Assembly: GCF_009914755.1 (NCBI RefSeq)
Contig: NC_060926.1
Reading direction: 5' to 3' (one strand)
From: the human T2T-CHM13v2.0 reference genome, Homo sapiens
Length of the DNA: 64,000 bases
Part shown: in pieces, positions 12,649 to 25,430 of the stretch
Layout: each line of letters starts with the position of its first letter
Position numbering within the stretch: the first letter of the stretch is position 1
The notes under the pieces: model-generated
Seen by the model: only the letters and a program-made list of their open reading frames with translations
Database searches by the model: none
Told to the model about the DNA's origin: nothing
Program-made: the position numbers and the translations under genes

Positions 12649-14579
12649 TCTTAACAGTTTCTCTTTTCCAGGAGCATAGGGCTCAAGTAAAGTTTAACAC
12701 TGTCACCTGTCTCTTACTCTTAGGTATGCCTCAACATGCAGTTGTCTTAGAGAAGCTCCTCCCTAAGGCCTGCCCAATGCCCTATGCTGTTATCATTTAC
12801 CTTTATCATAAAATTCTGGTTGAATATGCACTCTATGTTAAGATAGTTGCAAATGTAATTGAAACATTTTAATAATTTCAATAATTCATATAATTTTAAT
12901 AATCTTCATTACATTGCATTTTTGAAACATTTCTGAAGATTAAAAAAGTATACATTTCCACAATAAGATACTGCTTAACTGTCTTAGGGAGGTAAATATA
13001 TTCTGACTTCTGTGTTACTTACTGTGATTGAGTGAATTTTATTTCAAGAATAAACAAATATATCAGTTCTCATTTCTACTTTGCCCAATGGTTGGCCAAA
13101 GAAATACTATCCAGTCTAAACATGACAAGAAACACAACTAAAAACTTAAAGATTTCTGTGATTGCATATTGCCATTGCCATATGCTTTCCATCCAACACT
13201 CATCGGGAGTTTACTCTGTGAGCTCCAAAGAAGCAGGTAGAATAAATTAAGAGGTCTATTATATTGTTTGAAAGCAGTATTTCACTCCCTTAATGATTTA
13301 AAAGGAGAATAGGGTGGGCCACTTTTGAGATTTATGCTTACTGCTGATAGTATTAACTTCTTCCATGGTCAAATTATCTAGAAAAAGAAACCAGTGAATT
13401 CTAGCTCCACTTGCCTTTCAAGAAGTGTGTTTTTGTTGTTGTTGTTGTTGAGTCATCAAGTTTCTCAATTTTCATCTACCATTATATTTTTTTAACAATC
13501 AGAATTCTATAATGAAAATAATTATTATAGTTTTCAGTTCAACCTTATTGGGAGCTAATATATTATTTTGAAAAATAATCTCTTGATTAGTCATATATGA
13601 AAAGAAGTATTATTTAGCTTGAAATCTAAGCTTCTGCTTCTGGCTAGAATAAACTCACCATTTTCTTTTCCACAAGAAACTTGTAAAATAGACAAAATAT
13701 ATAACAAATATTTTTAGACATTTGGTACTAGGCAGTACAAATATGTAATAAATGAAAGAAGGGTAACAATCAAGAAAACCCTTGAGATGACTTCAACTTT
13801 CTGCCTAGAGGCAATTTCAGCATTGTGATATACACACACAGCACAGGCAGTTTTGTCCAGTTGTGGAGACAGAGATTGAAGCGCCAGTTTCTTGATATAG
13901 CTAGAATTTAAGAAACAAAAATTCTTGAAATGACATATTTTCAGAAAAGATTTTGAAAAATTTGCCTGGGGTTTTCTTGAGTGTTTGGCTAAATATTAAA
14001 TGAGTCATAGGGCAGAACTTCATATCTGTAAAAAGAATGACTAAGCACCTATAGGTGGAACACTGTAGACCTCTACCTAAGGAGTTAACATTAGAAGATG
14101 GTCAAATTCTAACCAATCAGAGAAGAGAATCAAGAGTATTCATTAAGAACCCCCAATTCTTAAACCTGAAAAGAAGGGTAGAATTGACCGTAGAGGGAAA
14201 GTATCTCTAAGTCCATTCTATAAAAGCTTAAAAACAAATCTTGAAAGGATCAAGCTAATCCAAATGCAATTTATGCTGCCTGCCAGAACAAAGTCCACTA
14301 CTCCTCTTTAAAAGAAAATAGTGAAATTGACCACACAACCAGGTAAATTTGCAACATTCAGCATGCAATTAAAAAAAAACCTGCATATTAAAATAAGCAC
14401 GAGTGGGTGAACAATAACCTGGAGCAAAGTTAGCCAATTAAAAAAATAGAAATAATAGATGTAATAAAATTAACAGATGGACTCTAAATATAGATTTAAG
14501 ATAAATTTGCTAAAGAGTTTTTAGAATACCATGTATATAATGAAGAGATAAATGAAGTATGTAAACAATCTAAGTGGAA

Positions 14580-17195
14580 AGTAGTAGGCTGAATATTGAC
14601 CACAAAGATATGCCCATAATCTGATATCCTGAATCTGTGAACATTACCTAATATGGCAAGAAAATCTCATTAAGTTAATGATTGTGAGAGGAGGAGTTTA
14701 TCCTGGATTATGTTGGTGGACCCTAAAGTATCCTCATCAGAGTGAGGTAGAGTGAGTTAAGATGCTGGGAGTAGAAGGGAGTGTGAATAAGACTGAGCAG
14801 AGAAAGCTGTAGTCAGAAGTAAAGGAATGCTAGACGGTCATTAGTAATTGGAGAAGGCCAGAAATGGATTTTCTTCTATGGCCTTCACATGGACTGTGAC
14901 CCTGCCTACACTTTTGTCTCAGACTTTTGGCCTCCAGAGTTGCGAGAGATTACATTTCTTTGGTTTTAAACCACAGTTTGTGGTAATTTGTTATGACAAC
15001 CTTAGGAGATGTTTGCACTGGGTAGGATTTTAAGAAACATCATAGAAAAATCCTAGATTGCCTTAAAGTAACTGCTGGTAGAAATATGGGTATGAAAGAT
15101 AATTCTGGTAAAGGCTCATAAGAAAATGAGAAACACATTATTGGAAGAGGGAGGAAAGGCTATCCTTGTCATACGGTGGCAGAAAACTTGGCTGAATTGT
15201 GTTCCACTGTTGGGTGCAAAGCAGAATTTGTAAGTAATGAATCTGGATATTTAAACAAGGAGATCTCCAAGCAACGTGTTGGAGGGGCAGCCTGGTTTCT
15301 TCTTGCTGCTGTAAAATGTGAGCAAAATGAGATAAACTGAGAAATGAACTGTTAAGCAAAAATGAACCAGCATTTGATGATTCGGGAAATCCTCAGCCTA
15401 TCCAGATTGCAAAAGATGCTAAAATTAGGAGATTCACTTTAAGGAAGATGTGCTCTGGAGAGAAGCCCAAGTGTGTGGCTGGGCAAATTTTTCTGAAAAC
15501 ATTAGGCATGTGACTCATGGATCAACTCAATTATCTCAGCAGAAAGCAAGAATATAGGATTATCCAGGAAATATCTGTGGAGGACCGTCCTGCCTAAGGG
15601 TCTGAATCCCTGTCAGGTGACGTACAAAGTTTTTGAACATGGTATACAAACAAAAACAGTGAATTGAAAGCAATAGAGCCAGAATGACATTAGAGAAATC
15701 TGTCAGAGTCCCAAAGTTCTATAGGCAGGAAGCCGGCTGATAAAACCCTTTAGATGCACATGTTTGTGCATCTGAAAAGGAAAAGTAGAAAAACGAAAAA
15801 ATCTATAGGCAGAAAACCAGCTGATAAAACAACTCAGATGCACATTGTAGAATTATTTTTCTTTTTTCTATTTTTCCTCATGTTTTTGCATCTGAAGAGG
15901 AAAAATTGAAAAAAGGAAAAATGATTTTAAGGGCTGAGTGTTGGGCCTAGAGGACAGCACTGTGAGTCACAAATAATTATTTGCAGGCCTTGAAAAACGA
16001 GTGAAAATTTCTCTGCTAGATTTTGAACTTGCTTGGGAGCAGAAATCCATATATTATTTCAATTTTCTCCCTTTTAGAATGAGAATATTTATGACCATTA
16101 TTCCATGCCTGTTCCACCGTTGTATGTTGGAAACGGCTTGTTTTCTAATTTCACAGGTGCATAGCTATAGAAGAATTTTGCTTCAAGGGCATACTAAGAG
16201 TCTCACACATACCTGATTTAAATGATGAGATTTACAACTGATGACATTTAGATGAAGTTTTGGTTACAAATAGATGTTGTATTGGACGGAGACGTTGGGG
16301 AATGTTAGAATGGACAAGTGATTCTTTTGTATGTGGATGAGACATGACTCTTGGGAGGTCAGAAGTCTATAGCAGACTAAAAAAGGTCACTTCCTGCAAA
16401 GTTACATTCATTTTCTTTTTCTAGAATAACTGAATAGCCTGTTATTTGGCAAAAGAGTATAAATTACTTTATATGGCAAAGATGTAATTAAATTAAAAAT
16501 CTTGAGTGAAGGAGCTTATTCTAGATTATTTGAGTTGACCCTTAATTCTGTCATGTGTACCCCTCTAAGAGAGGTTCCTATGGAGCTGACACACATACAC
16601 AGGAAAGCAAATGATGTGAAGATGGAGGCAGATATCAGAGTGATGAAGCCACAAGCCAAGTAATGCCAGGCAGTGCCAAGCAGCTACCCAAAAGTTGGAA
16701 GAAACAAAGAAAAGAACCTAGATACTCTGGAGGAAATGTAATGCTGCTGAGACATTGATTTCAGATTTCTGGCTTTTATAACTTGGGAGAATACATTTCT
16801 GTGGGTTTTTTTCTTGTTGTTGCTTTTTGTTTGTTTGTTTGTTTGTTTCAGGCAGAGTCTTACTTTGTTACCCAGGCTGGAGTGCAGTGGCATGATCTTG
16901 GCTCACTGCAACCTCCGCCTTCCTGGGTTGAAGCGATTGTTTTGCCTCAGCCTCCCAAGTAGCTGGGACTACGGGCGCCTGCCACCACACCCGGCTAATT
17001 TTTGTATTTTTTGTAGAAATGGGGTTTTATCATGTTGCCCAGCCTGGTCTCGAACTCCTGAGCTTAGGTTATCTGCCCTCCTCAGCCTCCTATAGTGCTG
17101 GGAATACAGGCGTGAGCCACAGCTTCTGGCCATTTCTGTGGTTTTAAGCCGCCTGGTTTGTGGTAATTTGTGATAGCAGTCATAGTAAACTAATT
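14580..17195 (+). mobile_element. MLT1 (B/C/D-like) MaLR with two LTRs (about 14580-15010 and 16367-17195) and internal region
   Basis: Both LTRs contain ttac..tatatggcaa..attaa..ttat.c.gattat and end ..tttgtggtaatttgt.at.gc; internal part has ggaaaggctatccttgtcatacggtggcagaaaacttggctgaattgtg. Confidence 0.85.
16806..17131 (-). mobile_element. AluS/J in the 3' MLT1 LTR with a (GTTT)n tail
   Basis: Full dimer; TSD atttctgtgg at 16795 and 17132. Confidence 0.92.
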
Positions 17196-17645
17196 TCTAG
17201 AGATGAAAATAAAACATATGAAATAAAAATTTCACTGGATGAGATTAAAAGTATATTAGACACAACAGAATTTTACATTTGTAAACTTGAAAACACAGGA
17301 ATAGAAACTGTTCAATCTCAGGCACCAAGAGGAAAAAGGCTGTACAAAAACAGACACAGCCTCAGGGATCTGTAGGACAGCATCTAGAAGTAAAACATCT
17401 TGGAGTCTAAGAAAATGATAGTTGGGGGGGCAGTTGAAGAAACTATGCAACAGTTTCACAAATTAAAAGAAATAATCTTACAAATCCAGAGATTCCACTA
17501 GTTCAACAAACAGAAAACAGGTAAAACAAAAATAAAGCTACAACTATGAACCTTATAATCAAATGGCTAAAAAAATGTGGTAAAGAGCAAAATTTAAAAG
17601 CAGCCAGAGGGGAAAATAATTACATATACGGAACAATAAGACAAT

Positions 17646-18389
17646 TGTTACTAATGGCAAGTATGCAAGTTACTGGCAGTGAATCCATAAGGGCTTGCAG
17701 CAACAACAGTCATCAATTCTTGCCTCCTCAGAAGAAAGAATTCGACTGAGGGGCATAAGGCAGAGGGAGAGACTAAGGCAAGTTTTAGAGGAGGAGTAAA
17801 AGTTTATTAAAAACTCCAGAGCAGAAACAACAGGAAGGGAAGTACACTTGGAAGAAGGTGAAGCCAGTGACTTAAAAGACAGGAGCACGATTTGATCTTT
17901 TCACTTGGGGTTTTATATGTTGGCATATTTTTGGGGTCTTGTGTTCTGTCTTCTCTGATTCCTCCCTTGGGGTGGGCTGTCCACATGCACAATGGCCTGA
18001 TAGCAGTTGGGAGGGGAGCATGCACAGAGTGTTTACCAGAGTTGTACGCATGATCACTTGAGGTGTTCTTCCCTTACCAATCTAGCATTCCTGGAGGAAG
18101 ATCATATACCAGTTAAATTTGGCCATTTTGCCTTTTAAGGGACATGCTTGAGTTCATTCACCCAGCGCCTGAGATTTTTATCAGGAAGCTACTGACCACT
18201 AGTTTCAGGTGTTTCTATTTATTGGGAAACTGCCTTTCCTTGGCTCTGGTTGCAACCAATTATTATTTTAGAGAGGCAGTGTGACAATGTCTGACCACCA
18301 CCTTATGGAAGCCTGACATTCCTGGCAGGTTTGGGTGGCCAGGGCCCTCTAATGCCCTACTTATGCCTGACTAGCCACCTACTGTAACA
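17646..18389 (-). mobile_element. MER50 solo LTR (ERV1)
   Basis: Reverse complement starts TGTTACAGTAGGTGGCTAGTCAGGCAT; homologous to 41771-42442; flanks caat/gaat. Confidence 0.85.
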
Positions 18390-19814
18390 GAATGACTATA
18401 GGTTTTTCATCTAGTATGATGAAGAATAAAATACAATAAAGTGGCATCTTTAAAGTACTAAAAACATTTTAAGAATCAACCTATACCAGCTAAAAAGACT
18501 TTCAAAGTGGAAGCTGAAATAAAGCCATTTTCAGAAAAACAAGCTTAGAGCTTTGTCCCTAGCAAGCATGCACCACAAGAAATTATAAAGAAGTTTTTTA
18601 GGTACAAGAAAATGATCCCAGGTGAAAATTTGGATTTTTATAAGGAAAAAAGAAATCTAGTAGGCTATTTTTCTCATTTTGTAAAAAAAAAATTTAAGAG
18701 GTAATTGCCAGGTTAAAGTAAAATTAATGACACTAAATCGAGGGGTTAAAATAAATTCAGGAGATAATAATAGCAGATAAACTTTACAATTCAATTTTTG
18801 CATTTTTTTGAAGAAAGAAAAAAGTACACAGTTTCCTCTTATTTTGCAACTTTTGTTTAAGTTTTCATAAGTCAATGTAATTATATTGTACAATACAGTG
18901 ATTAAATAGCAAAACAAATATAACACATACAATTTTATTAAATATTTTCTGTTTGCCTACATGCTTTGGAGGAAAAAGATATATTTCCTCCTTTATTAGG
19001 GAAGTCCTCCTATAAGGTTACTGATAAAAGTGATTAATAAATAGAAAAAATGTATAATTTCATTGTCTGAAAGTATGCTTCTTCTGGTATGGATCCCTTG
19101 TATCCAGTGTATATTGTTTAAATTTTATCTATTAAAAATATTAACCCCTATCTGAAGAAAAATTAACTAGAACAGTTAAAGTATTTTGCCAATGTTTTAT
19201 TTTAAAAATTCTATTTACAAAATATAACAAGTTTTTTTAGAAAACACATGTATGTGTAGGATGGTCAATGTTTTTTCAATAACTTTCAAGCCTACTTACA
19301 TGGAAACTTCTTAATGTCTCTCTGTCAGAAAAAAATAAACCAGTTGAATGGCAAACTAGTGAGATATACCTTTTACGACAATTCTAAGCTTATTAACTAA
19401 ATGCATGAGCAAGGAAAAGTGTCAGAGTTTTAAATTCTTCCTTCATCAAACATATGGAAAATACTAATTACTCTAAATCTGCAAAGTTACAATAAAATTT
19501 TTTATATATTATTCTAAATACAGCACAAACATTGGAACCTTTTAGCAGTGGCTGAAAACACTCCTTTATCCCCCATTCTTTGTATTTCACTGAATCAATA
19601 ATCTTTTTTTTAGGTGTGTTTAGGTGTGGATTTACTGGGTGGAACTTACAAAGGAGATCAGTGATGAGACAAACACTTTCTTCACTTCCTAACAAGACAG
19701 GGATGTTATGTGGGCTTGAATGTTCTCTGGCTTCCCTTTGATGGCTACAAAAAGTGTTGGCAAGTAGCTAGTGAAACTCACTGAGCAGTCAAGGAACAGA
19801 AAGGTTAAACAAAG

Positions 19815-19998
19815 CACCATCCAAGACAACTTTCTGTGATGATGGAAATATTAGGTATCAGCCCAACAGTCACATGCTGCTATAATGCACCTGAAATGCA
19901 ATGTGACTGGAGAACTAAATGTTTAATTTCATTTGATTTTAATTATTTTTTTAAACATTTTAAAACTATGCATGAATGGTGGTCATGTATTAGACAGC
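19815..19998. mobile_element. MER3 (hAT-Charlie MITE)
   Basis: aactttctgtgatgatggaaat..gtgactggagaactaaatgtttaatttcatttgatttt. Confidence 0.7.
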
Positions 19999-20011
19999 TG
20001 GAATCTAGACC

Positions 20012-20207
20012 ACAGGTTATCAAACATTTGTTCCAAAAGGGCAGAAAGTAAACAGTTTTTGATTTCTGGGTCAAAAGTTTTTGTTGCAACTATTCAACTC
20101 TGTACTTTGAGTGCAAAAACAGTGACCTCACATTGCATAAGTGAATGGGCATGGAGAAATTTGCCAGATGGCAAGCTGAATTTGGCCCTTTAATTTGCTT
20201 ACACCTA
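20012..20207. mobile_element. MER58A (hAT-Charlie MITE)
   Basis: tgttgcaactattcaactctg..gtgcaaaaacag..gtgaatgggcatgg..gaatttggccc; tctaga flanks. Confidence 0.7.
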
Positions 20208-20806
20208 GTCTAGAAAAATTTTCAATAAGTTTTGGGTGGGACATTATTTTTCACTGGCTTTCTTAACATGGACCTGAACAATTCAAAAACACACACATAC
20301 AACTTTTAGGATGAAAACGATAGTATTTCAGATAAAAACTAAACAGATCAATAAGGCTCATAAAGAAAGATGCAGAAATTCTTAACAAAAAAATGTAATT
20401 GTATATTTAATAAAAGATTATCTGCCTTGACTAAATAGAGTTTTCCCCAAGAATGCAATGTATGTTTATCATTTCAAATGAAATCAATGTATGCTCCACA
20501 TTAGTATATATCTTTTTAAAAAGATCATCCCAATAGAAGCAAAACAGTCATTTGACAAAAACTCAGTATTCATTTCTAATAAGAATTCTCAGGAAGTTAG
20601 GAATGGAGGGGGACTTACTCTAACTAATCAAAAAATTTTTTGAAAAACCTACAGCTAATAATATATTTAATTATGAGAGTGTGAGTGCTTTTCTCCTAAA
20701 TTCAGAAACAAAGCAAGGATATCCACTCTGACCAATTCTAGCCAATATTTTCCTGGAAGTTCTAGCGAGGGCAAGAAAAATAATAAAAATAAAAAGTATT
20801 CATATT

Positions 20807-21114
<308 letters not shown>

Positions 21115-22246
21115 TTATATTGAAAGGAGGAGATAACACTCTCTTAATCCAGGGAAGGTATGCTTATTTATGACAAAACCTTAAGGGTTCTATAGTAATA
21201 CTCTTAAAACAGTTAAGTGTGTTTGGCATGGTTGGAGAGATAAAAACTAATTGTATTTTCATATGGTAGCAACTAATGCTTGGAAATCAAATTTTAAAAA
21301 ACAGTGCCACTTTCAAAATATCATTAAATATATGAAATATTTTAGTTAAATGTGAAAGACCTGCAAGTTATCTTTACTGAAAACTACAAATCATTGCTGA
21401 AATAAATTAAAACCTGAAATAAACTGAAAGATGTATATGTCAATGGATCAGAAAATTCAATATTTTAAGTGATGTTTAGTTTTTGAAACTTTATCTCTGG
21501 ATTCAAAGCAAGTCCAACCAAAACCACAGCTAGTTTTTTTATATAGAAATTTTTAGGTTGATTTTAAGAAACCTGACATAGCCAAATGCAATTTAGAGAA
21601 AAAAGTTAGAGGATTTATGAGAGAGGAGGCGATTATAGGCTGATTAGGCAGATAAAGAAGGAGGGTCTCAGGAGTAGAAAAATACCCACAGGAACACACC
21701 TGCACCACCCCTGTAGCTAGTGGAATGAAATGTGGTTAAGAACTTCCTTTTATGCCAGGATGTCTACTCAGAAGGGACTGACTTAGTCCCTTCTGCACCA
21801 ACTTAGGTGCAGGTATAATAAATCAATCTAAATGTCCTTAACTTGACCCAACTCCTTATAATGTCATTAGCTCGACATTAGCATTGTGGTTTTAGTCACA
21901 CCCCCCCATCGGTTTCACTTACATGTTCATGGGTAATAACTAAGATGGAGTCACTACTGCCAACCCCAGGCCTGGGCAGACACAACACTCCTAAGGGGGA
22001 ATTTTATCCCTCCTATTTGGACAGAACGCACAGAAGACTTCTTTGCTCTTGCCACATAAAAGACCCAGAACTCAGCCCTATTTCTGGCAACCTGCTTTCA
22101 GGGACCCTCTCTTTGCTGACAGCTTTCCTTTTGCTAAAAAAATCCCATTCTACTCACTCTCTGGTGTCCATGTGCCTTATTCTTCTTGGTTATCGGACAA
22201 GAACTCAGACCTAGCTAAACTATGGACTATTTAGACTGCAACATGC

Positions 22247-22264
22247 TGGGGGCTCACCTAGGAT
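22247..22264 (+). promoter_or_regulatory. Primer binding site, tRNA-Pro type
   Basis: tgggggctcacctaggat matches TGGGGGCTCGTCCGGGAT at 14/18 positions, 3 nt after the 5' LTR. Confidence 0.8.
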
Positions 22265-23692
22265 CATCAGAAGGATAAGTAGGAGTGAACCTATAACTCT
22301 TTAATTTCATTTCCAAGGCTCTTTGTCCTAACTTTTTTTTCTCAAGATGAAATAAAACACCAGGTCTCTGTTGACCACTTAAGAGTGAATAGTGTGGCTG
22401 CCAGTCTTAAGACTCAGAAGACAGGCTTGCTGCAGAGAACTTCATTGGCTTGGGTGTTGGGAACATTCGCTCTGTTTCAGTGTAGTTTCTCTTCACAGAG
22501 GTCTAGCTATCATGTGGGATTGGAAGGAGGTCCTAGGGAAACTGAAGGTATCTGGCTGAGGCTACACCTCAGTGTTACCCAAAAGGCCCTGGACTAACTC
22601 CAGTCCTCAACAGCCCATTAGGGTGTCAGCACCAGGATTTCCAGTCTTTCCCTATTGCATTTTCTTTCTCTCTTTTGTGGCTTTTATGGCTCCTATCTCT
22701 TCTTTGTATGCAATGTTGCAGGTGTTTTTGCAACCCGGCAATATAAATTTGTTGGATAAAGTCAGCAAGTGCCTTAGTAATCAGGAATGCAACTCAAAGA
22801 ATTGCTGTCTTTGTAATTTTCTAGAGAGAGAGAGCAATTTCAAGATCTAGACCTGAAGGCCTCTTTGTCCCCTAATGATAGCACCCAACGGCATTGCATG
22901 GGGAGTTATTTCTCCCAGAGTAACTATCCTCCTCTCCATTTAAGCTGTTTCTTTTTTCCATGTGAGAACTTAGCATTGCCCAGTGAATCTAGATATCCCT
23001 TCTATGAGGCAAGTTAATTTTATTCTCCTAAAAGGCTTATTGTGGGGGCAGTCCACAAAGCCTCAGACCTCTCTTTCAAACCTACATCTGAAAAGGATTT
23101 GGACACAAAGTTACAGGCTAACTTTCCAAACCTTGTCAAGGCACCTGACAAGGCAAGGATTTGTTTCTGTGGGAAGCCCTATCAGCCCTATGTCCAGGGG
23201 AGCCCTAATTCCCCTGTTGAAATTGTGGAGAATGAGCCAAGCCAACTCCTACATTTCGTAAGACATCTATTCTGCTTCCAAGTATAAGGACTCCTGGGCA
23301 GGAGGAAGGGGCTATGTTTAGAAGTCAATCATTCCCATTTCCTTGAATAAACACTATGATTTGACTCTGTCCATTACCTATCAGCCAAGGGATTCCCTGA
23401 GAGATTTGAGTGTAAGAACTCCATTAGAGTTTCTTCCCCAAATTCAAATACTTCAATGTATTTTCCAAGCTTTGTGTTGGAAGCTCAAAAGAAGAAATAG
23501 ATCTGGGGAACCCCAAAGGTAGTCAGCACACAGGGCTGGGGCACAGCATGGGTAAATGCAACTATTTCTACCTGCCAATCCTCCTAGTCCATGGCTGGAA
23601 GTCACACTTGCATCCGTGTGTGGCATCTATGAAGGTTGCTGGGACCCAGAGGACACAGTGAGGGAAAGAGGAGACAGGGAATGCCTTTTTTT

Positions 23693-23915
23693 TCTCTCTC
23701 TCTCTATATATATACATATATATATACACACACATACATATATATACACACATATATACACGCATATACACACACATATGTGTGTGTATATATATGTGTG
23801 TGTATATATGTGTGTGTATATATATGTATGTGTATATATATACACACATATATATACACACACATATATGTGTGTGTGTGTGTGTGTGTGTTTGTGTGTA
23901 TATATATATGTATAT
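23693..23915. repeat. Compound (CT)(TA/CA)(TG/TA) microsatellite in the proviral leader
   Basis: Direct reading. Confidence 0.95.
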
Positions 23916-23977
23916 CCTAGGTGACCATAAAAGTGGGAAGGAGACTAAGGGACAACTTTTCTCCTCTCTTTTTCCAG

Positions 23978-25430
23978 ATGGGTAACAGCCAATCTTCAGC
24001 CTACACTCTCCTTGAGTGCAGCCTGGATCACTGGGTCTCCTTTAACCCTCAGACCCTAAAGTTTGCTCTGGGAAAGCCCCAGCTTCACTCATGTATAGAG
24101 GCCTTCCAGAATTTAATTTTGAATAGTGTCTAAATTCTCCTGGAAGGATAATATGTTACTTTTAAATCAAACCCTGACCACTGCTGAGAAACAGGCAGCC
24201 CTGCAAACAGCTAAGAAATTTGGAGATTAGCTTTGTATTTCATATAGTTCCAGAGAGGGGGAAGAGCTTTATCCCATTGGAAAGACAGTAGTAGCCATTG
24301 GAGGACCCTATATGGGACCCCAGTGATAACATGGGAGAATGGGGGAGAAAACACTTGTTGAGAACAAGCCCCCCAAAATCTGGCCATAAACTGGCCCCAA
24401 AACTGGCCATAAACAAAATCTCTGCAGCACTGTGACATGTTCGTGATGGACATAATGCCCACGCTGGAAGGTTGTGGGTTTACTGGAATGAGGGCAAGGA
24501 ACACCTGGCCTGTCCCGGCGGAAAACCACTTAAAGGCATTCTTAAGCCACAAACAATAGCATGAGTGATCTGTGCCTTAAGAACATGCTCCTGTTGCAGT
24601 TAACTAGCCCAACCTATTCCTTTAATTTGGCCTATCCCTTTGTTTCCCATAAGGGATACTTTTAGTTAATTTAATATCTATAGAAACAATGCTAATGACT
24701 GGCTTGCTGTTAATAAATATGTGGGTAAATCTCTGTTTGGGGCTCTCAGCTCTGAAGGCTGTGAGACCCCTGATTTCCCACTTCACACCTCTATATTTCT
24801 GTGTGTGTGTCTTTAATTCCTCTAGCGCCACTGGGTTACGGTCTCCCGGACTGCGCTGGTCTCAGCAATACTTTAAAATGTACATAGTGGAGAACTTACA
24901 AAGGACTCAAATTAGGACCAGATGAGAATCTGTCTACCTTTCTAGAAAGGCTAAGAGAGACCTTGGTGAAGCACACCTCCCTATCTCCTGATTCGGCTGA
25001 GGAACAACTATTTCTGAAGATAAGCTTATTACTCAGGCAGCCCCTACTATCAGGAGGAAGCTGCAAAAGTAGGCCATAGGGCCAGATAGCACTTTAGAAA
25101 ACCTTCTGAAGGTGGCCGCCTTGGTCTGTTACAATAGGGATCAGGATGAAGCCCAGGAAAAAGAGAAGAGAGATAAGAGAAAGGCAGAGGCTCTAGTGGC
25201 TGCTCTTCAGACCTATAAAACACAGAATCCCCAAGGTGCACCTGCCAATTGCTACAAGTGTGGCAAACTAGGGCACTTTAAGAAGGATTGCCACAGCAGC
25301 AAGAGGAAGCCACTTGACCCTGTCCAGCCTGTGGTGGGGACAACTGGAAGGCAGATTGTCCATGGAGGCATAGGTCAGCGGGTCCACAGCCAGTCTCACA
25401 AATGGGCCAATAGGACTGATGGATTGTAAA
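23978..25430 (+). pseudogene. gag: gag remnant with deletions, interrupted by the MER9 LTR
   Basis: MA start MGNSQ; MHR-like gatgagaatctgtctacctttctagaaaggcta; CYKCGKLGHFKKDC at 25250-25291. Confidence 0.85.
24356..24867 (+). mobile_element. MER9 solo LTR (HML-3), full length
   Basis: TGTTG..CTCAGCA termini, AATAAA at about 24713, TSD acact/atact. Confidence 0.93.

Larger units (their letters stand above)
11490..12699 (-). mobile_element. Old ERV LTR (family not resolved), split by an L1MA insertion
   Basis: TGTCA...TTTAACA termini and purine-rich LTR-like body on both sides of the L1. Confidence 0.45.
13630..18650 (+). mobile_element. Ancient L1M 5' region/ORF1, fragmented by MLT1, Alu and MER50
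   Basis: aaagcttaaaaacaaatcttgaaaggatcaagct; ORF1-like gaaataaaaatttcactggatgagattaaaagtatattagacac and gcatctttaaagtactaaaa resume after each insertion. Confidence 0.65.

Noticed and set aside
16814-17095. Alu-derived ORFs (also 26511, 39137, 42478, 46081)
   Set aside because: They are standard Alu translation artefacts.
23556-23985. YIHT/CVY-rich ORFs on both strands
   Set aside because: They are translations of a microsatellite.
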